Positions 1-12,481 of a stretch of 64,000 nt of DNA are shown here, piece by piece. This DNA is from Octopus sinensis (taxonomy: Eukaryota), in assembly GCF_006345805.1 (NCBI RefSeq), contig NC_043014.1, positions 31,930,001 to 31,994,000 on the forward strand, read 5' to 3'. The notes beneath the pieces are model-generated. The model was not told the DNA's origin, did no database searches, and saw only the letters and a list, made by a program, of their open reading frames with translations. Numbering within the stretch: position 1 is the stretch's first letter; each line of letters begins with the position of its first letter. The translations under genes and the position numbers were made by a program.

Positions 1-506
1 TTTTTTATCTATCACAGTTACAAGGAAAATATGTAGATAGATGGATCTTGTGAAACCAAATGGCATTTTTGTGTCATAGCAGAGAGCAAAGAGAAAAATT
101 AGATATCTTTACTTGCAACTGATGGAAGCAATTTAAACTCTCTCTTATGTCAAGCTGTACAGTAGGCTATCCAGGTCATATCAGTAACACATATATCACA
201 TTAGTAAAAGGCAAAATCTCTGGCACTATCTGCTGCGCCTATAATATGAAAGACACAACCAACACACAGGTTACAATTGTTATACATCCCTCTGACTGTA
301 CATTTGTGCTCCAGTACATGGACCAAAGAAACTCAAGAGGCACAATAAAAGACATCAGATACAATGTAGATCCAGTAGTAAGGAAATGAAGAAAAACATG
401 CAAACTTGAGAGAAACTCAGAATTTGTATGAAGAGACAGCAAGAAAGCCACACATTGGTAGTGGCCCAGAATCTTTGGAGAAAATGGGTAGGAGAACACC
501 AACATG

Positions 507-712
507 TTGGTTTCAAATTTTGGTAGACAGTCAGTGATTTCAGGGAAAAGGATACATCGATCCCATTGTTCAACTGGTACTTATTTTACTGATGCTGAAA
601 GGATGAAAGACAAAGTTGACCCTGGTGACATTTGGACTCAGAACATAAAGTTAGAAGAAATACCAATAAACATTATTCTTAGTGTAGTAACGATTCTTTC
701 AGCATGCTGCCT
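507..712 (-). mobile_element. SINE family C copy (degenerate)
   Basis: Contains AACTGGTACTTATTTT..GAAAGGATGAAAGACAAAGTTGACC..TTTGGACTCAGAAC, the reverse complement of the core seen at 13743-13978 and 15502-15712. Confidence 0.75.
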
Positions 713-1630
713 TGGAGAACACTAGCATATTGGTGCCTGTGAGTTAAGAGCTGGGACAAGTTAAAATTACTACACATTTTCAAATGTAAGAATGCTTGAG
801 AAAGATATGGAGTGACATGGATTTCAGTTGAGCTGGGCAACATGGCAGTATTAAAGTGCAAAATTTTTCTCAGAATCACATGTTTTGAAGTACTTTTTAT
901 CCCGTGCTGGAGCAAACATTTTGCTCTCATTTCTACTCAAATGAACAGATGATGATGAAAATAAGAGTTGGATGTTACACCAGAATTGCGCATCAGGTGA
1001 ACAGTGGTATGTGTTGTCCTTGAGGGAGGGCATATGCTCCTGTTAGTAAAAAGACTCCAGAAAAATTGTCAAGCATTGCATTGATTGTCCTAATCCAGGT
1101 AAACCAGATAACTTGGAGAGAATTCAGTACCTAATAGAGCTCCCAAATAAGTACCAAACTGCATGTTATGACACAAAACAGAAGACCTATGTATCACATA
1201 TAGTTGCATTTGAGAGCTCTCTGTCCATAACAACAGAAGACAAACTGTTTGAAAATAATGAAGAGCTTAGTAAAAAGATAAACAAGCATTCCATCATTAA
1301 GTTTGTATGTTGAATATCAATCAACGTAAAATTTCGATGGACAGTTTGAAATTAAACAGAAAGTTTTTTGTTAAAGAACCAAGGGCCATCTCAGGCTGTG
1401 ATACTAGGGCTGGTTACAAAAGGGTTAAAACATGGAAGACAATAATATAGGGTTAAGATGAAAACAGAGTGATACAGTTCAATGAAAAAGTATGTAGTTT
1501 TTTGAATGGGCATGTATATGTGTATATGTTATATATATATAATAATATGAATAATATATAAATATATGCATATATATATACACATATATGTACATACCTA
1601 CATATATATGTATATATATACATGCATATA

Positions 1631-1965
1631 TGGGTACAGGACATCAAAAAAATGTTGAACACAATGAGAAATGAAAACATAAAAACAAAAACATCAAAAA
1701 CAAACTTTTTTTGAACAACGAAAAACACAGACAGAGAAACGAGACAGGCAACATAAATATATTCCCCTTCATCAGTTGTCCCTGTTTCATCTACTCTGTG
1801 TTTCGAAGGTAAGGACAATACGCGACTTCGTTCAAACAGTCCTTCAGGCAAAGCAAATTAAATAAAATTGGGGATTTTTTGTGGAGGGTGAATGGGGTAA
1901 CAAGAACAGGACAGTGAGAACAAGACAGTAAAAGCAAACGGTTAGGGCTGTTAAGTCAAGACGAT
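1631..1965. mobile_element. ORF-less interspersed repeat (family F), probably Penelope-like terminal derivative
   Basis: Begins TGGGTACAGGAC next to a TA/CA microsatellite and is collinear with 21904-22215 (CATCAGTTG, AACAAGAACAGGACA/AACAAAAACAGGACA, GGGCTGTTA..AGACGA). The family assignment is inference. Confidence 0.5.
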
Positions 1966-1978
1966 CTATCTATCTATG

Positions 1979-2016
<38 letters not shown>

Positions 2017-2584
2017 CCTGACTATCTCCTTCTTTCTATCTATATATCTATCTCCCTGTCTCTTTCTACCTATCTAACTGTCTGTCTGTCTGTGTGTCTA
2101 TCTATCTGTTTGTCTGTCTGTCTGTCTATCTATCCATCCATCCATCCATCCATCCATGTAGTTGATTTGGTACTTCGTTTTTAACCATAAGTGTTGGTGC
2201 TGTTATTCTGGTTGTTGTTGATATTGTTAAAAAGACAGAAAAAAGTAGAACAACAAAATAAAATAATTATAAAAAATAAGAAGGAACTATTGATTTTATC
2301 ATTATATTGCTTATACATACATACATACATACATACATGTATATACATATATACACTGTTGTAGTGCACCTCAGCACTATACACAATAATTTCATTATTA
2401 TCATTATTATATATACATATATATATACATCATACACACACACACATATTTATACACACACACATATACATATGTGCATAATTATGTGTTATGTGTATAT
2501 GCGCATAGTTATATATTTATGTAAGTATATATATAATATATATATATATATCATTATCATCATCGCTTAATGTCCACCTTCCAT

Positions 2585-3060
<476 letters not shown>

Positions 3061-3631
3061 TAATCTTCATGCTTTATTTTTCTGTATTAATGAAATATTG
3101 CCAAAAGGTGATAAAAATTAATAGAATATAGTTTTTAAATTTATTCAATTTTATTTGAAATTATTCATTTATTTCATTTATGTTTTTCATTGCAATGTTT
3201 GTATTTTTTGAAAGAGGTGGAAGTGGGTGTGTGTATTTACTTTCACTTTTATTTCTATTGGTGTTTGTGTTTTTCTCGTTGTTTTTGTTGAGACTGCATT
3301 ATATTTCTGTATTATGTTCATTTTTTAGAAGTATTTTTGTATAGTTTTATGTTTATATTTCTTTTAATATTTATCTCTAATCTGATGTATAAATTTGGAG
3401 GAGTCAGTGTATGTACGTGTGAGTGTGTGTATGTGTGTGTGTGTATGTGTGTACATATGATTATGTGAATGTGTGCGTATGTCTGTGTATGCGCATGTGT
3501 ACATATAAGTATATGAGTGTGTATGTGTTTGTGTTAATGTTCATGTATGTGTGCTTATATGTATGTGAATGCATGTGTGTGAGTCTGAATGTGTATGTAT
3601 ATACTTATAAATATATATATATACATACTCA

Positions 3632-3727
<96 letters not shown>

Positions 3728-4415
3728 AAGAGAGATAAACAGAGTCACAGATGTATTGTTAAGACATTCACTTTGCAGTAATGTGATTCCTGGTTCAATC
3801 CTGCAGCACAGCTCTTTGAGTTTCAAGTTTGTCAATTATGTGTACATGAAATTTAGCTGAGAGAACCTGTAGAAAAGGCTGCCATATATATATGTGTGTG
3901 TGTGTGTTCGTGTGCGTATGTTTGTGTGTGTCTGTGTTTGTGTGTGTGTTAGCATGTGTTCATGTGTGTGTGTGTATGTGTGCATCTGTGTTCATGTGTG
4001 TGTGTGTGTTCATGTGCGTTCATGTGTATGTATGTGTGTGCATGTGTGTGTGTGTGCATGTATATTTGTTCCTCCCAGCATCACAGTATTGACCAAACTA
4101 TGCACTTTGTATCATTTTAGCTTTGAAATGATGCTACCCCACTGGCTAGAGGATCAGACCAACACCCCTTGCCCCCTGATCAGAAGGTTATTTCATTGCA
4201 GGGTTACTCCTTGACAGCTGAGTGAACTGGAGCTACATGAAAGGAAGTGTTTTATTCAAGAACACAACGTGTTGCCTGGTTTGGGCCAGTATTGTGCCAA
4301 GAAGCTTAACTTAACCATTCATTTTGTGGTCAATGAGATAAAAATCTTTGAGGTCTAATCCTCAGCTTACAGCTTCAGCTAGAGATTTATATATATATGT
4401 ATATATATATTATCG

Positions 4416-4620
4416 TCATTGCCACCATTTTCATCATCATCACCATCATCATTTTCTAATGCCCAGCTTCCATGTTGGCATGGATTGGGTGGGTCCAAGG
4501 ACCACATCATGATACAGTATCTGCTTTGGCATGGTTTCTACAGTTGGATGCCCTTCCTAACACCAACCACTTTACAATGCATACTGGTTGCCTTTTTTGT
4601 GCTGCCATCAGCACTATTTA
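4416..4620 (-). mobile_element. RTE LINE 3'-UTR-derived repeat (family D)
   Basis: (TCA)n tail followed by TTCCATGTTGGCATGG..TTTCTACAGTTGGATGCCCTTCCTAACACCAACCAC, matching 8283-8600 and 20950-21235. Confidence 0.7.
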
Positions 4621-5223
4621 GGCCCCCATGTAGTTTGAACGACTACAGAACCCATGATGGGTAGATGGGGTGGGGTGGAGTAATTCATGCAAGGAGATGA
4701 TTTATGCAAAGATTGCATCATCCTGGACGAGGCAAGGATCCTTAAAGACTTGCTGAACCTGGAATCTCTCTTAAACTCAGGACATAAGATCTACAGCCCT
4801 TTGCCCACTTTGAAATGCTACATACTGCAGGTGTTGGCTTCTCTGTTCATTGATTAAGGCAGTAAAACACACTTGCAGACCGGAACCTGCCTAGGGGTGG
4901 AGATTCCCTGTTCACCCTTTAGGTTCATAAGATTTGCTGACTGGACCGGTTCAAGGACAATGACTCGTCCCATTTAAGGCTCAGACAGTGTATATTATTC
5001 TTTTGTTTACAAATTAACTGACTGTAATGGTTTTCTACCTCCAGTTTGAAGGGGGATTATATGCCTGAGGACATTGGAGTCATCAGACTCCAGAGTCAGC
5101 ATATTTGAGTGTGTGAGTGTGTGTAAGTTTATGTATTCTTGCTTTGACATTGCACAACAGTTGTAAATGATTCTCACTGCCTTTTCATTTCCAATGCTCT
5201 GTGCAAACACGTCTGACCTTGGG

Positions 5224-5296
5224 GAATGTCAGAGCAAAGAGCTACGATGCATTAATAGCTAATGAGAATGCATTGTAGTTCTTTACTCTGACATTC
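5224..5296. other. 30-bp stem hairpin, 13-nt loop (pre-miRNA-sized)
   Basis: 5224-5253 GAATGTCAGAGCAAAGAGCTACGATGCATT vs reverse complement of 5267-5296; 27/30 identical. On the + strand: two G-U pairs and one C-A mismatch. Confidence 0.9.
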
Positions 5297-5366
5297 AAAA
5301 CTCTGAGAACTATAATTACAACTTACTAATTGTCCTAAACTATACATACATATATATATATATATA

Positions 5367-5725
5367 CACTACCGTCAGAAATTAATTAGCACCCTTGATT
5401 TGCTCTTCACTCAAGGTATGTGCTGTCACCTAGTGGCCATATCTCGAACTATTGCTTTGTTGCGAGTTCACTGTTGCGCAGAACGATGACGTAACTTTGT
5501 TTGCAGAGCAGTTTGAGAGTCTACAGCCTTATGATGTTGGCATAGCAGTGCAACAACAACAAAATCTTCCTTTGTTTAATAGATATAGGGAGCGCCTCGC
5601 AAGGACCGAAATCACACCATACTAAGTTTTCTCATCGCGTAAGACGTTTTGAACAGCTCATAGGTTAATTGATTTAACCTATTTAATGTAGAAATTTGAG
5701 AAGTGCTAATTAATTTCTGACGCAA

Positions 5726-5728
<3 letters not shown>
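5367..5728. mobile_element. Tc1/mariner-type MITE
   Basis: 26-bp TIRs (CACTACCGTCAGAAATTAATTAGCAC, 24/26 match) flanked by TA on both sides inside TA arrays. Confidence 0.9.
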
Positions 5729-5760
<32 letters not shown>

Positions 5761-5764
5761 GGTA

Positions 5765-5886
5765 AATGATTCTGGGTTCAGTCCCACTGTGCAGCACAGT
5801 GGGCATGTTTCTTTTACTATAATCTTGGGTCAACAAAAACCTTGTGAATGAATCTGGTAGACGGAAACTAAAAGAAGTCCATCATG
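5765..5886 (+). mobile_element. SINE family A, 5' fragment
   Basis: GGGTTCAGTCCCACTG (B-box-like) ... GGTAGACGGAAACTAAAAGAAG. Confidence 0.75.
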
Positions 5887-6111
5887 TGTATATATATAAA
5901 TGAATAGAAAATGGAGATATACAACTGACAATGCAAAAATTAAAATTTATTAACATAATATTCATATTCTTATATAATATAATATGATAAATAATAAATA
6001 TCGAATACAAATTACATACAATTGTTTCAATTCTTACCCATAATAAAATTATATATATATATATGTGTGTGTGTGTGTATTTAGGGATAACCACTAGGTG
6101 GATAACCAATA

Positions 6112-6142
<31 letters not shown>

Positions 6143-6145
<3 letters not shown>

Positions 6146-6400
6146 AAGCCCGTTTTATGTGTGAGTGTGTGTGAGTGTGTGTCTTTGTGTCCATGTTTGT
6201 CCCCACCATCTTTTGACAATCAATGCTGGTGTGTTTACGTCCTCGTATCTTAGCAGTTTGGCAAAAGAGTCCAATAAAATATGTACTAGGCTTACAAAGA
6301 ATAAGTTCTGGGGTTGATTTCTCTGACTAAAAAAAATCCCTTTAAGGTGGTGCTCCAGCATGGGAACAGTCAAATGACTGAAACAAGAAAAGGAGTAAAA
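6143..6400 (+). mobile_element. SINE family A, 3' half
   Basis: TGCTGGTGTGTTTACGTCC..GTACTAGGCTTACAAAGAATAAG..CAGTCAAATGACTGAAACAAG tail. Confidence 0.8.
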
Positions 6401-6893
6401 AACATATACATACATACATATGTATATATATATGTTTATAAGCATGTGTAGATTTGTGAATACTTGTGAGTCTGAACCTGTGTACGGAAATATGTGTAGC
6501 TGTATGTGAATGTGGATATCTAAGTTTGAATGTGGTTATATGTATGTGTATACTTATGTGCATGTGTGTGTGTGCATGTGTGTGTATGTGTGCATGTGTG
6601 TTTTGTGGGTGAGTTAGGGGTGGCATTATTCCTTTGAAGTTTCTTTGAGAAAGCAATTTCTATGCATTACAAAATTTTGAAAATGTTTCTGCATAAATGG
6701 ATCAGATTTGTACATTTAGAATGAAAGAAATAGAAGTGACATACCATACACACTTATGTTCATACACACAAGCATACATACACATGCACACATACATAGT
6801 GTGTATGTACATGTATGCATATTAATATATATATGTGTGTGTGTGTGTGTATATGTATGTAAATATATATATGTATATATATATATATATATG

Positions 6894-6947
<54 letters not shown>

Positions 6948-7161
6948 ATGCTATGTATGTAAATATATTCACGTATGATTCTGATCAAAAGTTTGAATAC
7001 ACTGATGAAAATAAGGTTTTTTTACTGTAATTGATGATGAAGGTGAAGAGTAATACCAGAATAAGCAGGTAACCTGAAAACAGACACAGGTGTGTCAATG
7101 CAGGTGTAGCTGTGTAGGCTCAGGCATGGGTGTCTAGGAGCAGGTGAGGGCATGTAAGTGC

Positions 7162-7320
7162 AGGTGTGGTTGTGTGGTAAGTAGTTTGCTTTCCAATCAC
7201 ATGGTTCTGGGTTCAGTCCCACTGCATGGCTCCTTTGGCAAGTGTCTTCTACTATAACTGTGGGATGACCAGAACCTTGTGAGTGAATTTGGTTTATGGA
7301 AATTGAAAGAAGCTTGTCTT
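7162..7320 (+). mobile_element. SINE family A, 5' half
   Basis: A-box-like GGTTGTGTGGT, B-box-like GGTTCAGTCCC, then the family A body. Confidence 0.8.
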
Positions 7321-7521
7321 GGAGGGCTGCACCAGGTTCCAATCTGATTTGGCATGGATGTTCTTCCTAACACCAACCACTCCAAGAGTGTGAGAGTGTG
7401 ATGGATGTTTTTTACATGTCACTGGCAATGGAAACATTGTCTTGTCCATGGTGTAAAAAGAGCTGGGACCACAGCTTAAAGCACTGTCTAAAATGCCAGC
7501 TTGTATTTTTACTGAAGTGAA

Positions 7522-7852
7522 GGTGCATGGCTCAGTGGTTTGAGCATCTGGCTTACAATCATGAGGTCGTGAGTTCAATTCCCAGATTGGACTGTGCATT
7601 GTGTTCTTGATCAAGACACTTTATTTCATGTTGCTCCTGGTCACTCAGCTGTAGAAATGTGTTGTGACGGCACCTGTGCCAAGCTGTATCACCCATTGCC
7701 TTTCCCTTGGATAACATCGGTGGCATGGAGAGGGGATGCTGGTCTGCAGGGGTGACTGCTGGTCTTCCATAAACAACCTTGCCCAGACTTGCGTCTCAGA
7801 GGGGAACTTTCTAGGTACAATTCCATAATCCTTTGTGACTGAAAGGGGTCTT
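7522..7852 (+). mobile_element. SINE family B (tRNA head plus CORE-like domain)
   Basis: TGGCTCAGTGG A-box, GAGTTCAATTCCC B-box, TTGTGTTCTTGATCAAGACACTTTATTTCATGTTGCTCC..CAGCTGTAGAAATG resembling the CORE-SINE domain; same tail as 21237, 48128 and 61620. Confidence 0.85.
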
Positions 7853-8282
7853 CATCTTCATTTTTACTGAAATGACCACCCCATATCATAAAAGATGAGC
7901 ATTATTTGATATTTACATGTATATATCTAGGATTATGCACTGAGTTTGGACAACAAATGAAAGAAGCATTAGATGCAAATTACTTCATATATGCTTCCGC
8001 ACTTAATATGACTTTAAACCAGTTCAACTTGCTCTACGTTTTGAGAACCCTCCAAAATTGCTGTCAACCCACAATGTTTTTTATTGTGATAGCCTTAATG
8101 TTTTTCATGAGATGGTTTCTAACCAAATTGCAATGTTTCTGCAAAAGATGTTCTAGTGCTGCATTTTACAGTTGCTGGATGCTGTTCTTGGATGGCACAA
8201 CTCAAAGTAAATATGAATGCAATAAAAATGTTGAATTGTGGGATAAGTCTAGAGAGTTGGTCTGTTGAATGATTTGTATCCA

Positions 8283-8600
8283 TTGAGCTGGTGGCACGTG
8301 AACAAAACATTTGAGTGAGGTCATTGCCAGTGCTGCTGGACTGACCCTTGTGCAGGTGGCATGTAAAAAACACCATTTGAGCGTGGCCATTGCCAGTACT
8401 GCCAGACTGGTCCTTGTGCCTGTGGCACATAAAAGCACCCACTACACTCTTGGAGTGGTTGGCATTAGGAAGGGCATCCAGCTGTAGAAACTCTGCCAGA
8501 TCAGATTGGAGCCTGGTGCAGCCATCTGGTTTGCCAGTCCTCAGTCAAATTGTCCAACCCATGCTAGCATGGAAAGCAGACGTTAAAGGATGATGATGAT
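8283..8600 (+). mobile_element. RTE 3'-UTR-derived repeat (family D) with internal ~60-bp subrepeats
   Basis: GGTGGCAC..AAAA..C subrepeats, GGCATTAGGAAGGGCATCCAGCTGTAGAAAC, ends CCATGCTAGCATGGAAAGCAGACGTTAAA(GAT)n. Confidence 0.8.
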
Positions 8601-8658
8601 AATGACTGAGCCAAAATTGTGTTAAATCCTCCTCAGCAACATCAACAAATGCATTTAA

Positions 8659-8875
8659 CTCTTTAGCATATAGATTTCTATCAAACATATTGTTTATCTA
8701 TTCACTTTCTTCTTAATCAATCACACATTATTTCACAGCTTCAAGATTTCAATGGCGTGTTTCTATAGTTTTAGAATGACATTGTAGTGTATGTGCGAGA
8801 GGCTGGATCAGGTCAGCTTTAACATAAAACAGGTAGAATATTTGGATTGGATATGGCTGGATAAATGCTAAAGGG
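8659..8875. mobile_element. piggyBac-type MITE
   Basis: TTAA at 8655-8658 and 8876-8879; TIRs CTCTTTAGCAT / ATGCTAAAGGG (10/11). Confidence 0.8.
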
Positions 8876-9117
8876 TTAACTGAATTGATACCTTCCAGAA
8901 AATGAGTCCATTGCCATGTAAAGCAAGAATTAGAGTATTTTTTTATTGATAATTCTATCTATAAAACATTGATTCTTGCAGAATCTCAAATGTCAAATAA
9001 AAGGAAAAACGAAATATTTCATCATTCATAATATCATAATACTCATATAAATTAATTAATGAATTAATGAATTAATTAGCAAACAATTAGTAGATAATTA
9101 GTTTTTATATTTATATC

Positions 9118-9380
9118 TTTTATCTCTTACTTGTTTCAGTCACTGGACTGTGGCTGTGCTGAGGCACTACCTTCAGGAGTTTAGTCAAAAACATTGACCC
9201 CAGAACTTAAGCATTTTTTAAAAAGTCTACTGCTTATTCTACAAGTCTCTTTTGCTCACTCACTAAGTTACAGGAACATAAGCAAATTAACACCTGTTGT
9301 CTGACAGTGGTGGAGGACACACATAAAAAAACACACACACACACAGATTGGAGGACACACATAAAAAAACACACACACAG
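9118..9380 (-). mobile_element. SINE family A, 3' half
   Basis: CTTACTTGTTTCAGTCACTGGACTGTGGC.. is the reverse complement of the family A tail. Confidence 0.75.
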
Positions 9381-9394
9381 ATATATATACATAC

Positions 9395-9725
9395 CCGATG
9401 CCAATGTCGTGTAATTGGCACCCTTGCTGGTCACATGGAAAAAGTACCCTTCGAAGTTTGGGCCTCACAAAAGCAGTGACAAGTTAGCAAGACCTTTGGT
9501 GACATCCTGTGCTTGAGAAGATCTGTCAAGCCAAGTGAGATCGTAGTCATGGCCAATGTTGATGTTACATAACTACCACCCATACCGGTGGCACATAAAA
9601 AGCATCCATTACTCTCTTGGAGTAGTTGGCATTAAGAAGGGCATCTAGCTGGAGCATAGTGCAAATCCCCAACTTATCAGTTTTTAGTCAAATCGTTGAA
9701 CCTATGCCAGCATATGGAAAATGAA
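9395..9725 (+). mobile_element. RTE LINE 3' end (ORF terminus plus UTR)
   Basis: AAGACCTTTGG..CTGTGCTTGAGAAGATCTGTCAAGCCAAGTGA encodes a degenerate RTE C-terminus (..VLEKICQAK*), followed by family D UTR. Confidence 0.7.
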
Positions 9726-9729
9726 TGTT

Positions 9730-10128
9730 GCAGGAGTGGCTGTGTGGTAAGTAGCTTGCTTACCAACCATATGGTTCTGGGTTCAGTCCCACTGCATGGC
9801 ACCTTGGGCAAGTGTCTTCTACTATAGCCTTGGGGCGACCAAAGACTTGTGAGTGGATTTGGTAGACGGAAGCTGAAAGAAGCCCGTTGTATATATGTGT
9901 GTATATATATATATAGATCTCCATGTTGATTCGCTAGCTTCTGCACGCATTTTTTTTTCTCTCCTTGCTTCTTTCCGTGTTTCTTTTCTGTGTATCTTTC
10001 TGTTGAAGAGCGTAGGCTCGAAACGTAAAAGACTTGTTTTATTTATATTCCTGAGCGCCATACTAATATAATTGTTTGTTTGTATTCCATCTGCCTTCGT
10101 CTTTTGTTTATTTTCATAAAGCTTCCCG

Positions 10129-10199
<71 letters not shown>

Positions 10200-10420
10200 G
10201 CGTGTGTATATGTTTGTGTGTCTGTATTTTTCCCCCCACCCCAACATCGTTTGACAACCGATGCTGGCGTGTTTACATCCCCATAACTTAGTGGTTCGGC
10301 AAAAAGAGACCGATAGAATAAGTACTAGGCTTACAAAGATTAAGTCCTGGGGTCAATTTTCTTGACTAAAGTTGGGGCTCCAGCATGGCCACAGTCATAT
10401 GACTGAAACAAGTAAAAGAG
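9730..10420 (+). mobile_element. Full-length SINE family A with a ~215-bp insertion in its internal (TA)n
   Basis: Head GGAGTGGCTGTGTGGTAAG, tail GACTGAAACAAGTAAAAGAG; foreign segment at about 9915-10130. Confidence 0.9.
9995..10032 (+). ncRNA. Minimal type-I hammerhead ribozyme motif (one core substitution)
   Basis: Stem I TCTTT/AAAGA; core CTGTTGA (A6->U) plus extra A; stem II GAGC-GTAG-GCTC; GAAA; palindromic stem III ACGT; GUA cleavage triplet. Confidence 0.65.
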
Positions 10421-10720
10421 TGATGAAGATGGTGATATGAATATATGACAGCTTTCTTTTAGTTTCTCTCTATCAAATCTACTGACAAGGCTTTGATTGG
10501 TCCAAAGCTATAACAGAAGACACTTGTCCAAGGTGCTAGACTGAACCTAAGAACAACTCTGTGTACATTTACGCATCTTTTTCCTTGCTGGGTTTGGAAG
10601 AAGCCTTCACAGTGTCCTAGCCTTCATATACCTAACCACAAATTCATAGAATATATTACAAAAATACCAAATTGGAAAGCCTCCTCATCAACACAAAATC
10701 ATAAACCACAGAATGTACTT

Positions 10721-10835
10721 CAGCTGGCAGAGTCGTTAGGACCCTGAGTGAAATGCTTAGCAGTAATCGACTTAATCCCTTTGTCTGTCCTTGTTTGTTC
10801 TCATCTATGTTTAGCCACTCTGTGGGCAATAAAGA
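10721..10835 (+). mobile_element. SINE family C, internally deleted
   Basis: AGCTGGCAGAGTCGTTAG..GAAATGCTTAGC joined directly to GTAATCGACTTAATCCCTTTGTCTGTCC..AAAGAAAT. Confidence 0.75.
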
Positions 10836-11679
10836 AATATATATATATATCTATATACATATCATAATGGGGGCCGGTTTATGGGGTTACCCTGGGTTTC
10901 TTGCTCATAACGGGCTTAGCCTTACAGCATATCTTCAGACCCCAAACACTGCATCATGATCCTCCTCCCCCCTCTCCTCCTCCTCCTCCTCCTCCTCCTC
11001 ATCATCATCATCATCATCACCACCACCACCATCATCATAGTTGCTTTAATGATTGTAGGGGTCAAACAAAACTAATACTGAAGCAAATGATTTTTTTTTT
11101 GCTGGCTGGATGCTTTTCTTGTTGCTAACCTTTACCTGTTCCTAAGCAAGGTAATTTTTTTTCTTCAAGTCTATCAAACAACATGATTTTGAGGAGGATG
11201 GTAAACAAACGACACACACAATTTGTATGAATGTGGACTTTTATTTACCATCCACATGCATATCACAACAAGCAATACACACATACCTCTTTCATTCACA
11301 TACAAACACACAAAATCAATCCTAAAAGATAGAAAGCAACAAAGGTATAAGTAAAGAGAGTATAAGTCTCTCCTTCATTAATACTTCCACATTTCTATCT
11401 CTATTCACATCTAGTTTTGATGATTAAAACTGGCTATTTTGGAAAAGGATTTCAACATTTTCTTTCCTCCTTCTTTGAAATATTAGATAATGTTAGATAT
11501 TCTTCCTTTCTTAGGCTTCTCTAATGGTTTTCACAATATTCCTTTATTGTAACTCTTTTATTGCTACATTCTTATTAATGCTTTTCCATTGATACTCATC
11601 TCTTTGTACTCTATATTTTTTTATGTAGTTATTCATTACTACTTTTTAATTATTACCCTGTTATTGCTACTCTCTAAAG

Positions 11680-12018
11680 CAGTGATACTCAACCATCTTT
11701 TCCCTATGGATCCCTTCAATTACAACTTTATTCTGGTGGGCCACCATAACCATTCAATCTTCAAAAACTAGTCTTATAGATACTTCTTTCAACATTCCTA
11801 TTTTGCTTTTCACACATTAACCTGAGTAGTTTGAACTATGTAAAGTGTTAGAGAAAGAAACCAAGCTGTTTCTTGCAGTAAATACATTTAAATCAAAACT
11901 TTTCATGGACCTTTAAAATACAACTGTGGATCCCAAATTTACTATGTTGCCTGCACGGACCCTGCAAAATCATATATGGACCCACAGAGGTCATGTGAGC
12001 CCTGGTTGAGAACCACTG
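11680..12018. mobile_element. hAT-Charlie-type MITE
   Basis: TIRs CAGTGATACTCAACC / GGTTGAGAACCACTG; 8-bp TSD CTCTAAAG / CTCTACAG, close to the Charlie target CTCTAGAG. Confidence 0.85.
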
Positions 12019-12111
12019 CTCTACAGTATACTCTTCAATTATTACTTTCCATTGTTACTCCTTCCTAGCTATTCTTTCATATAAACTCTTCCCTTGTTAC
12101 TTTCTGTCAAG

Positions 12112-12352
12112 GTGCGTGGCTTAGTGGTTAGGGTGTCAGCATCGTGATCGTAAGATTGTGGTTTCAGTTCCTGGACTGAGCAATGTGTTGTGTTCTTGAG
12201 CAAAACACTTCATGTCACATTGCTCCAGTCCACTCAGCTGGCAAAAGTGAGTAACGCTTGATGGGCTGGCGTCCCATCCAGCTGGGGAACACATACGCCA
12301 TTGAAACCGGGAAACCGGGCCCATGAACCTGGCTAGACTTTAAAAGGGTGCA
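12112..12352 (+). mobile_element. SINE family B (second tail type)
   Basis: TGGCTTAGTGG A-box, CORE-like block, tail GGCGTCCCATCCAGCTGGGGAAC..GGGCCCATGA shared with 43600-43900. Confidence 0.85.
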
Positions 12353-12481
12353 GTTATTTATTTTTATTGTTACTTTCTGACAATTGCTTTTGCATTACTA
12401 CTCTTTCCTAGCTGCCCTTTAATTGCTTCATTTTATTTTTTTATATCAAAAAGTCTCTAATAAGATAAGAAACAACTTAGT

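Noticed and set aside
1-1313. Short ORFs (147-389, 1113-1313) as LINE or host coding sequence
   Set aside because: Only vague resemblance to endonuclease or RT segments; no diagnostic motif (FADD, QG, GDFN) and no convincing splice pair.
1757-1850. CTGATGAAGGGG and CCTTCGAAAC on the minus strand as a hammerhead
   Set aside because: Core halves are in an order and spacing that I could not fold into three valid stems.
7522-7600. SINE heads as functional tRNA genes
   Set aside because: A/B boxes present, but no full cloverleaf, and each continues into a SINE body repeated across the window.
7906-8268. 120-aa ORF as a gene or exon
   Set aside because: Poor acceptor (no pyrimidine tract), no recognisable domain, composition like random AT-rich DNA.
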